Below the pieces are notes generated by a model. The model worked only from the letters and a program-made list of their open reading frames with translations. It was not told the DNA's origin and ran no database searches. 64,000 bases of DNA from Candidatus Zixiibacteriota bacterium. GTDB lineage: Bacteria; Zixibacteria; MSB-5A5; GN15; JAAZOE01. Made by a program: the position numbers and the translations under genes. The stretch lies in contig JBDREQ010000031.1 of the NCBI GenBank assembly GCA_043819555.1, positions 1 to 64,000 on the forward strand. Direction: 5' to 3'. Every line of letters begins with the position of its first letter. Within the stretch, counting starts at the first letter, position 1. Positions 19,407 through 27,820 of this stretch are shown here, piece by piece.

Positions 19407-20360
19407 ATGGGTAAGGAAATCAATCGCAGATCATTTTTGAAAAAGAGCACTTTGTTGGGGGCCGCCGCAGTTGGAGGCGGAGCGCTTTCGCAACTGATTG
19501 ACGGTACAATCAACCAAGCCTGGGCCACAGAAAAATCTGACATCTGCAGCATCATCGGGGAGAATTATTTTGATAATACTCTCGCGGCTATTGAGCAAAT
19601 CGGGGGCATCGGTCAGATCGTAGCCAAAAATGCACGAGTAGGATTATTAGTAAACGCCGTTCGCGGGCACCCGGGGACAGATGTACATCCCGATGTATTG
19701 CTGGCGGTGTTATCTCTATGCCGCCAAGCCGGCGCGGGAGAACTAAGGCTGCTAAAAGGCTTGTCGCATAACTATTGGAGCAGAAGTCCCCGAGCTAAAG
19801 AACATGAAAAAATCATATCATCGCTGAAAATTGCCGACAACTTTGTCAAAGTTGATAACCCCAAAGGTATTTTTTTAAAGGAAGTACATGTTCAAAAAGA
19901 TCTCCTCGAATGTGATGTTTTTATAAATATTAGCCTCGCCAAGAATCATGCCGGGACTTGTCATACCGGCGTACTTAAGAATTTCATGGGTGCCTGTCCG
20001 CACGATCCCACAAACAGATTTTGCCATTTTGGTTCCGATCCCGATTCCGAAAACGAAGAATGGTATGCCAACGCCGAATTTCTATCACAGTGCATTGCCG
20101 ATATGAATCTGATTAGAAAACCAGATTTGTGTATTAATGATTCCATTGAATTTTTGACTACCAATGGACCATTCGGCCCCGGAGAAATTGGCCGTAAAGA
20201 TGCGATTACCATCGGGACCGATCCGGTCGCGGTCGATGCCTACAGCGTACGCCACCTTGGCTTAAAGCCGAAAGATGTAATCATGATCGGAATGGCGGCT
20301 TCCCACGGAATTGGTACGGATGATTTGAAATCTCTCAAAATCAAGGAAATCACAATCTGA
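19407..20360 (+). CDS. DUF362 protein with Tat signal
   Basis: NRRSFLK twin-arginine signal; INISLAKNH, LKNFMG and DPVAVDA motifs. Confidence 0.85.
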   Translation: MGKEINRRSFLKKSTLLGAAAVGGGALSQLIDGTINQAWATEKSDICSIIGENYFDNTLAAIEQIGGIGQIVAKNARVGLLVNAVRGHPGTDVHPDVLLAVLSLCRQAGAGELRLLKGLSHNYWSRSPRAKEHEKIISSLKIADNFVKVDNPKGIFLKEVHVQKDLLECDVFINISLAKNHAGTCHTGVLKNFMGACPHDPTNRFCHFGSDPDSENEEWYANAEFLSQCIADMNLIRKPDLCINDSIEFLTTNGPFGPGEIGRKDAITIGTDPVAVDAYSVRHLGLKPKDVIMIGMAASHGIGTDDLKSLKIKEITI

Positions 20361-20368
20361 TCTTCAGG

Positions 20369-20860
20369 GTGCTAATGCGCTTAACTATAGCGATTATTAT
20401 ATTCGGTCTCTTTTTTTTGAACGCCTGTGGTGATTCGCCGCAGGTTGGAGGATCAAAGATATTACCATTAAATAACCTCCCTCCGGGATGGACGGAAGGC
20501 GACACGGTCCGGACATTTGTCGGCGAAGATCTATTTTTATTAATTAACGGTGGCGCCGAAATCTATCATGAATATGGCTTCGAGCGGGTTTATACGCAGG
20601 AGTTTGAATTTAACAGCAATCCGGCTGTGACGGCCGAGGTCTTCAAGATGAAAAATAACGAAGCGGCTTTCCAAATTTATAGTTATAAATCAGGGGGCAG
20701 AAATCAGAATATCGAAATCGGAGATGAGGGCCGTTTGGAACAGTATTATCTTAATTTCCGCAAAGGACAATATTTGATAACATTGACCGGGTACAGCGGA
20801 AAACCGGAGATTATTGAAGGCATAATCGAATTGGCAAAACTTATCGATGCCCGCATTTAA
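20369..20860 (+). CDS. Lipoprotein (DUF6599-like), a frequent partner of DUF362 genes
   Basis: Lipobox LNAC; LFLLINGGAEIYHEYGF motif. Confidence 0.75.
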   Translation: MLMRLTIAIIIFGLFFLNACGDSPQVGGSKILPLNNLPPGWTEGDTVRTFVGEDLFLLINGGAEIYHEYGFERVYTQEFEFNSNPAVTAEVFKMKNNEAAFQIYSYKSGGRNQNIEIGDEGRLEQYYLNFRKGQYLITLTGYSGKPEIIEGIIELAKLIDARI

Positions 20861-20884
20861 ATACCAAAAAATGGTCGCCATCCA

Positions 20885-22072
20885 TTAATCAGATTCAAGT
20901 CGTTTTTTCAACCCCGCCGCAAGATAATGTTGGCAAGAAATTGAAATCCCATAGACAAGTGGAAGAAGGGGGATTATGTAATAATAACGGGCAATATAAA
21001 AACTATGAAAAATGGTGTACCCCAATAGCAGTATTCGCACCAAACATAATTGAGGATATCGGTGCCTGGGAATCAGTCTGCTCAGGAGTAATATACCTAG
21101 ATAAAAAAATGGAAGGAAAATTATTGAATCTCCGTAATGAATCCGCCACATCAAATTTATTTTTTTTAGTATTAACATAATTGAGCGCATCGGATTTTTG
21201 GCTATGAATTCTAATCCGCCTTTATAAAAAGCCGCATTATCGGTTCTCTCGATAGTATCAAACGGTTGGGGCAGTTGATTTCGGTGAAGATAGCCGCCAT
21301 CGGCATTTTCATTGAACCCGGTGTAGAAATTTAATCCGCTATTTGAAGTAACGGGAATAAATTTATCTAAGCAAATATAGTTGCGCAGTGACCATGGCAA
21401 AATGATCAATACCGTTCCAAGCATGAAGATTGAAATTAGTTTTCCTCCTTTACATTTAAATCCCCGGCATGATAAGAAAATAAAACAGAGAATTCCCGGT
21501 AAGAGACTCAGGATGCGGCCGGTTGCCAAAATCGCCAATCCGAAAAATAGTCCGGCGCCAAAAATATTCCCAATGGATAAAATCTCTTTGCGCAATAAAT
21601 ACAGCAGGCAAAGACTCAGTAATAGAAGTGTCAGGAGTTCATACTTGTAATACAGCGTGAAGTAGAAAATTATCATTGAGTTGAAAAAGAAAAGGCAGGC
21701 CCAGCGACTGATAAGTTCCCCGAAAATTCTCTCTAGATATTTTTGTGCGAATACCACAGAGCCAAAAGCGACAAAAACATTAAGCAAAAAAAATAACCAT
21801 TCAGCATGACCAAATACTTTATAAATAATCGACAAGTATATACAAAAAAGAGGCGGCCAGTACGCCCCGGCAAACGCTCCACAGGCCAGAATATCATCTG
21901 AGGCATAAATATGATCCGCGATTCCCTGATATATGACGCCATCGACCCCGGGATGCGTATTATAAATGGAAATAAAAACAACGTGCACAAAAAATGAGAG
22001 AACAATCAGGTTTCTATAGCGGATCCAGGTCAGCCAATGATAAATATTTCGAAGATATCCCAATAATCGCAT
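20885..22072 (-). CDS. ArnT/PMT-like (GT-C) membrane glycosyltransferase
   Basis: DG..Y, YWPPLF, PWSLRNY and GLNFYTG motifs; multiple TM segments. Confidence 0.75.
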   Translation of the reverse strand: MRLLGYLRNIYHWLTWIRYRNLIVLSFFVHVVFISIYNTHPGVDGVIYQGIADHIYASDDILACGAFAGAYWPPLFCIYLSIIYKVFGHAEWLFFLLNVFVAFGSVVFAQKYLERIFGELISRWACLFFFNSMIIFYFTLYYKYELLTLLLLSLCLLYLLRKEILSIGNIFGAGLFFGLAILATGRILSLLPGILCFIFLSCRGFKCKGGKLISIFMLGTVLIILPWSLRNYICLDKFIPVTSNSGLNFYTGFNENADGGYLHRNQLPQPFDTIERTDNAAFYKGGLEFIAKNPMRSIMLILKKINLMWRIHYGDSIIFLPFFYLGILLLSRLIPRHRYPQLCLVRILLLGYTIFHSFYIARYYYIIPLLPLVYGISISCQHYLAAGLKKRLESD

Positions 22073-22201
22073 TTCTCATGTTATTATCACAACTATTTGC
22101 AGTCAAGAATTTATTTGGAATTGAAAAGGCAATAAGCGGATAATTTCAACATATCAACATTGATTCTTGACTATTAACTCCTAATTGTTCTTAATTTACA
22201 T

Positions 22202-23518
22202 ATGATCTCTGGGCGCAAAACGGCCGCGGCCGCCTTAGTTTTTACATTACTGGTTTTGATCGCGGTGAATCTGGGTTGGTGGTGGTATTACCATTCTATG
22301 AGCCGTTTTTTCGAAGAGCAACTTTCGCGCAGATTGAATGGAAATGCCGCAACCGCATCCCTGTATTTTTCAAGCGACGATATCGACCGGCTTCTTATAG
22401 AAGATTTTGAAGTCTTTGCCCGGACCCTGACTTATCTTGATTCGCTGGCACAAATAGATTCCCTGCTCGAAGTTTCAATAATCGATAGGGATTTCAATTA
22501 TCTCATCTCAACCAGAGGCGATATCTTATCCGATGAAAGTTATTTATTATCTCAATTGAATATTGAATTCCTGCAGGCAACGCTGGCCGGCAGTACAGCT
22601 GCTTCGCGGCTTTATAATGTCGACGGGACATATTTAAAATCGGCTTATGCTCCACTCTATGATTCAGCCCAAAATGTTTCCGCCATATTAGTGGTCGAAG
22701 CAGGAGCGACTTATTTTGATTTGTTATCGGAATTACGAAATAACCTATTTTTACTGGCGGGGGGATCGGCAGGGTTCGCGATTATCCTGCTTGGTTTTTT
22801 CATATTCTATCATCGGCGACTTGCAATCGCCGAAGATAAGGTATTTATGGCCGGTTCTCAGGCGGCTTTGGGCCGAATGGTTTCGGTCGTCAGCCATGAA
22901 ATCAAAAATCCTCTAATGATCCTGAGGGCTGCTGGGGAGAGACTGGAAAAAAAATATTCCGACGAAGAGGCCTCGTTTATAACTGAGGAAGTATCCCGCC
23001 TTGATGAAATCGTAACCGGCTATTTGTCATTTGCTCGAGGCCAAAGAAAAGCCGTTGCGGAAAAAATAAACATGGTCGAATTAACGCGGAAAATTATATC
23101 TGATCTTCATAGCCAGTTTGCTGAAAGAAATATTGAGCTGATTTGCAGCTTCGAGGAAGGCTTGCCGGAAATTGAACTCGATAAAACCGGCCTTCGCCAG
23201 GTGATTTTAAATTTACTCCTGAACGCCCTTGAAGCCGCGGGAAAAACCTCTGAGGATCAGAAAAAGATTGTATCAATTAAAATCTTTCGAACTGATCGAA
23301 ATTTGGTTATTCTCGTGCAGGACAGCGGATCGGGAATAAATAAGAAGCACAGGGAAAAACTATTTGAACCGTTTTATACGACTAAAGCCAAAGGATCGGG
23401 ATTGGGATTGTATCTCTGTCGACGGATTATTCATGACCACCGGGGAACTATCAATATCATTGACGACTCTGAATTCCCGATGAATATCGAAGTCACAATA
23501 CCATGGAGTACCAAATAA
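22202..23518 (+). CDS. Membrane sensor histidine kinase
   Basis: Two TM segments with a Cache-like periplasmic domain; SHEIKNPL, NLLLNA, DSGSG and GSGLGL motifs. Confidence 0.95.
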   Translation: MISGRKTAAAALVFTLLVLIAVNLGWWWYYHSMSRFFEEQLSRRLNGNAATASLYFSSDDIDRLLIEDFEVFARTLTYLDSLAQIDSLLEVSIIDRDFNYLISTRGDILSDESYLLSQLNIEFLQATLAGSTAASRLYNVDGTYLKSAYAPLYDSAQNVSAILVVEAGATYFDLLSELRNNLFLLAGGSAGFAIILLGFFIFYHRRLAIAEDKVFMAGSQAALGRMVSVVSHEIKNPLMILRAAGERLEKKYSDEEASFITEEVSRLDEIVTGYLSFARGQRKAVAEKINMVELTRKIISDLHSQFAERNIELICSFEEGLPEIELDKTGLRQVILNLLLNALEAAGKTSEDQKKIVSIKIFRTDRNLVILVQDSGSGINKKHREKLFEPFYTTKAKGSGLGLYLCRRIIHDHRGTINIIDDSEFPMNIEVTIPWSTK

Positions 23519-24847
23519 ATGAGCAGGATTCTTGTTATTGATGACGAACCCAAAATGACAAAACTCATCGCATCTCATCTTTCAGATAACGGCCTTAATG
23601 TGGATACTGCCGCGTCCGGCAAAGAAGCCTTGGATTGTTTAAGAAAACATGCTTATGAAGTCGTCGTGACCGATATAAAACTGCCCGCCCCGGACGGTAT
23701 GGAAATCCTGCAATGGGTAATCGACAATCAGCCGGATACTCACGTAATTATGATGACCGCCTTTGCCGAGGTTAAGAATGCGGTTGATGCTATGAAAAAA
23801 GGAGCCGCCGACTATTTGATAAAGCCGTTTCCTCTTGATGAATTGAGCATTCAAATATCAAGATTACTTCACCAGAATAAAACCGAAAACCTGAAGAAGC
23901 TCAGAGAGACCGATTTTGATTCGCTTGCTTATGATAAATTTATAGGCCAGTCGGATGCCTCGCAAAAACTGATTGCCCTGTTGAAAAAAGTCGCGGTTAC
24001 CGATACCACAGTTTTGATAAACGGCGAATCTGGATGCGGCAAAGAGTTGGCTGCCCGTATGATTCATGATTTTTCCCTTCGCAAAAATAAACCTTTTATA
24101 ACCGTTAATTGCGCAGCGCTGACTGAAACTTTGCTCGAATCAGAACTTTTCGGACATGAAAAAGGAGCATTCACCGGGGCTGTATCACGCAAACCTGGGC
24201 GGTTTGAACTGGCCGAAGCGGGAAGTATCTTGCTTGATGAAATTGGAGAAATGTCTCAGGGGCTGCAGGCCAAACTCCTGAGGGTATTAGAGGAGAGGAA
24301 GCTGGTCAGAGTCGGCGGGGTGGATGTCATTGACGTCGATGTTCGGTTGATTGCCGCCACTAATAAAGATTTGAAGAAAATGATTAAAGAAGGAACTTTC
24401 AGACAAGATTTGTATTTCCGCATAAATGTTTTCCCGATTACTATGCCAACCCTACGGGAACGTCTCGACGATATTCCTCTTTTGGCAAAGCACTTTCTGG
24501 AAACGAAAAATTCCCCTCATCCTCATCTCGATGATGAAATTCTGGATTTACTAAAAAGTTATAGCTGGCCGGGAAATATCCGAGAATTGAAAAATATACT
24601 GGAAAGAGCGATAATTCTGGCCGGCGATAATCCCATCGATGGCGGCTGTATCGGGATTGACGATGACGATTTAATTGGGGATAGAAAGTCAAAACATGGG
24701 GGCGTTTCATTAAGCGAAAATGAAAAAGAACTAATTATAGATGCGCTGAAAAAAACCAAAGGAAACAAAACAGACGCGGCTAAATTATTGGGAATAACTC
24801 GAAGAAGGCTGTATTCGAGGATGAAAATACATGATATAGAATCCTGA
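23519..24847 (+). CDS. NtrC-family sigma54-dependent response regulator
   Basis: REC domain, GESGCGKE, GAFTGA, WPGNIREL and Fis-type HTH. Confidence 0.95.
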   Translation: MSRILVIDDEPKMTKLIASHLSDNGLNVDTAASGKEALDCLRKHAYEVVVTDIKLPAPDGMEILQWVIDNQPDTHVIMMTAFAEVKNAVDAMKKGAADYLIKPFPLDELSIQISRLLHQNKTENLKKLRETDFDSLAYDKFIGQSDASQKLIALLKKVAVTDTTVLINGESGCGKELAARMIHDFSLRKNKPFITVNCAALTETLLESELFGHEKGAFTGAVSRKPGRFELAEAGSILLDEIGEMSQGLQAKLLRVLEERKLVRVGGVDVIDVDVRLIAATNKDLKKMIKEGTFRQDLYFRINVFPITMPTLRERLDDIPLLAKHFLETKNSPHPHLDDEILDLLKSYSWPGNIRELKNILERAIILAGDNPIDGGCIGIDDDDLIGDRKSKHGGVSLSENEKELIIDALKKTKGNKTDAAKLLGITRRRLYSRMKIHDIES

Positions 24848-24851
24848 AATT

Positions 24852-24887
24852 TGTCCGCGACGGTACATAATTGACCTGGTGGGTACA
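24852..24887 (+). promoter_or_regulatory. Tandem enhancer (bEBP-binding) sites
   Basis: TGTCC-N5-GGTACA (24852-24867) and TGACC-N5-GGTACA (24872-24887), 20 bp apart. Confidence 0.6.
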
Positions 24888-24970
24888 TTTATTTGCCGGA
24901 ATAAAAAGATGAATTCGTGTAAGTACATGATAATCAACGGCGTTATTCATAGATATTGCGGTGATTCCTC

Positions 24971-24985
24971 CGGCACGGAAATTGA
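24971..24985 (+). promoter_or_regulatory. Putative sigma54 promoter (GA variant)
   Basis: CGGCACG-GAAA-TTGA, about 85-120 bp downstream of the enhancer pair. Confidence 0.6.
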
Positions 24986-25020
24986 GTCCTAATGTGGTGA
25001 AGAGAAAAGGATATATGCTT

Positions 25021-26067
25021 ATGAAAAAATTGCCAATGATAATAGTATCCACGCTGGGACTTCTAATTCTTGCCGGATTTGTTTCAGCTCAGGGGTATGG
25101 AGCCGAACAGCAACAACGGCTTCAATACGCCATGGAAAAGACAGATGAAATAATAAATCGTGCCCGTGAGGTTGTTCAGGAAAGCGGTTCCGAAAGGGCT
25201 CGATTGATATTGCAGGCAGCCATTCGGCTTCAGGAGGAAGCCCGCCGGCTAATGCAACGGTCAGCCGATTTAACGGATGCGTCTATTGGAATGCAATCTG
25301 GCCGCCGGACTATTGAAGCCCGGGAAAGAGCTCAAAGAGCAATTGCGGTTACTCGCCAGTCCGGTGAAAATGAAGAGTTTGTAAGACGCAAATTGGACAA
25401 AAATGAAGAAATGATGCGTCGCCAAATGGAACAAATCGGCCCTGACTCGCCCGAACAAGTGGCGAAAATACTTGATTCGGCTCGAGAAAAGCAGCGTCGA
25501 GCTATGGAATTATTCCGTAATCGGCGCTTGAAACCTTCACTCCAGATGTCAATGCAGGTTGAAAAAACTCTTGAGGATCTGGCCCGGCATATTGACAATG
25601 AAAACCGCCTGGAAAATCGCCACCTTGCCACACTGGACAATTATTATCAATTAATCGACAGGGTTAATTCCAGTGAATTATCGGAAAACGCGGAAGTACA
25701 GGAGCGTCTACGGACCGCGGAGCAATTGCGGGAAAGAGCTGAAACGTTTTATGCCAGCAATAATCATCGGCAGGCTGAAAAGGCTATGAATGAAGCGATT
25801 GATATGCTTAGGAAGCTTGTCGAGCGGCTGCGTGATCCGGTGCGAATCAAACAGGCCCTTGAGAATATACAAAATATTAGTGAACGCCTGAGAGAGAGGG
25901 TCCAGCTATCGGATGACCGGCAGATACGGAACTTTTTTGGAAATGCTCTGGAGCATTTAGACAATGCCCAAAAAGGTCTTCAAAATAATAGTTTTGAGGC
26001 CGCGGCATCTCAGCTTCAGGCAGCCCGCCTGCTGTTGGCCCGCGTTTCCAGACTTCTGGGAGACTAA
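25021..26067 (+). CDS. Secreted all-alpha protein with four ~75-aa helical repeats
   Basis: Signal peptide MKKLP...VSA, then R/E/Q/A-rich repeats. Start placed at 25021 (AAAGGA SD). Confidence 0.8.
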   Translation: MKKLPMIIVSTLGLLILAGFVSAQGYGAEQQQRLQYAMEKTDEIINRAREVVQESGSERARLILQAAIRLQEEARRLMQRSADLTDASIGMQSGRRTIEARERAQRAIAVTRQSGENEEFVRRKLDKNEEMMRRQMEQIGPDSPEQVAKILDSAREKQRRAMELFRNRRLKPSLQMSMQVEKTLEDLARHIDNENRLENRHLATLDNYYQLIDRVNSSELSENAEVQERLRTAEQLRERAETFYASNNHRQAEKAMNEAIDMLRKLVERLRDPVRIKQALENIQNISERLRERVQLSDDRQIRNFFGNALEHLDNAQKGLQNNSFEAAASQLQAARLLLARVSRLLGD

Positions 26068-26070
26068 TCT

Positions 26071-27420
26071 TTGGCAAAATATCCGGCCGGGATATTTATT
26101 ATAATATGGCTATTTCAGATTGGCCAAATTTGGGGGAATGATTTACATGATCCTTCCGGATTGTCGTTTTACAGTGGATTCGAGTATCAGCTTATTTCCC
26201 AGGAATTCTACAAATCCATCATTGATACGACCCACATTGACTTATTGGAAAACTGGACGCTGGCTCAGGATAAATTCGATGAGGTCATTTTTAAAACGGA
26301 TCTTCAATACCGTCACAAATCCCCCTCCAAACGATACAACTTTTTCACAGATATTGAGCTGTCCCGCAAACGGTGGATTTCACGCTTCGAATCTTTCTAT
26401 CAAATTGGAAATTTGAATCAGGGTTTGCGCCTTTACACCAAATTTGAGAATAAATCATCATTTGAAGACGAATCATATTATAACCAGGGATATCGGTTTA
26501 TTCAGACCAATCTAAGAGGCATTTGCCCCCTAACATCGCGAATTTCAATTGGTATCATGCCAAGAATCGAATATGTATCGTTTGAGAAATTGGATTCCGG
26601 AACCGATTTTTTAGCCGATCAGGCCGGAATAGTAAGTACCTTCCAGAACAAAGATTACAATATCAGCGGGGCAGAGGTTTTTGGCGATATTGAACTAAGT
26701 GAATTCCTACGAGTAATCGACTGGTCGGCTGCTTACAATCATCGCGATGTGCCCGATTCAAGCCTTGCGGCCTATAATCAATATTCGTTTCGAATCGGTT
26801 ACAGCGATTTCGGATATCGCCGCTCCATAATCCTTGAGACTAATCTCGAACTCAGGGATTATGCTCAACTTAATAATCGAGAAGACTTTACAGCATTTGA
26901 AATAATGGTTCTGGCCAATCAAAATATGAATGAACAATATGAAGGCCGTATAATGCTCCAATTGAGCAGTTACCGCTATACTGCTCCTGATATTGTATAT
27001 CGAAATCATTACCGGATTCGACCCAAAATCAACCTTATTCGCAGAATAGGCAATTGGAGTATTGGTCCTGAATTTATCTTTGAGCATTATGCTGAAAGTC
27101 TGCTAAAAGAGTTCAACTCCGTACCTGGCCTCGATAATGAAAATTATTCCCATTGGGAAGCCGGAATTATGGCTGACTATATGAGCCTAAATAGTGCGTT
27201 TTTCACCTCCGGGATTTCATTGGGTAAACGGTACTATCCGAAAGAACTTCTGGTTCTTAGTTCTTATTCCCTGATTTCAGGAACTATAATGGCAGAAATA
27301 TCAATAACGGCAAAAATATTTATTAATTTGAATGGCACAATCGACTTTGAGCGCCATGAAATAAAAGAGGACAATACAACTCTTTATTTACTCTCCACAT
27401 CGATTAATTCAAGATTTTAG
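26071..27420 (+). CDS. Putative outer-membrane beta-barrel protein
   Basis: Signal-like N-terminus, aromatic-rich alternating strands and C-terminal Phe (SINSRF). Confidence 0.65.
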   Translation: MAKYPAGIFIIIWLFQIGQIWGNDLHDPSGLSFYSGFEYQLISQEFYKSIIDTTHIDLLENWTLAQDKFDEVIFKTDLQYRHKSPSKRYNFFTDIELSRKRWISRFESFYQIGNLNQGLRLYTKFENKSSFEDESYYNQGYRFIQTNLRGICPLTSRISIGIMPRIEYVSFEKLDSGTDFLADQAGIVSTFQNKDYNISGAEVFGDIELSEFLRVIDWSAAYNHRDVPDSSLAAYNQYSFRIGYSDFGYRRSIILETNLELRDYAQLNNREDFTAFEIMVLANQNMNEQYEGRIMLQLSSYRYTAPDIVYRNHYRIRPKINLIRRIGNWSIGPEFIFEHYAESLLKEFNSVPGLDNENYSHWEAGIMADYMSLNSAFFTSGISLGKRYYPKELLVLSSYSLISGTIMAEISITAKIFINLNGTIDFERHEIKEDNTTLYLLSTSINSRF

Positions 27421-27454
27421 ATCAATCCCTGCCCATCTTGGCAGCAAAAAGGGC

Positions 27455-27820
27455 TTGACAAATCCGGAAAATGTATTACTTTTTTATTGTCTAGGGATTA
27501 GTTGTGTTTTGTCGCACCTTTTCTATGCTTCAGGCGCACCTTGAGTAGCTTATCGTACTTACCAAAGTACTCCGAGTTACATTTTAATGCTCTTACAAAA
27601 ACTTTTTGCTGAGATTTAAACTAAGTTTACTCTTGAGGTAAGTTCATTAGGCGTTTACCCATGCATCATTTAGATTCGACATTTTCATTAAGCGGGTATT
27701 CGTTATTGATTTTAATCCCATTATGTAAAAGAGGTTTAAACTCTTGAAAAGGTTCCTTAATTCCTTATGGTGTCTTATGTTTTGCGACGCCGTAAAGGAC
27801 AAATTTAAAGGAGCAGTGTA
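27455..27820 (+). promoter_or_regulatory. Promoter and ~330-nt structured 5' leader
   Basis: TTGACA at 27455, hairpin at 27762-27799 and AAAGGAG SD at 27807-27813. Confidence 0.5.
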
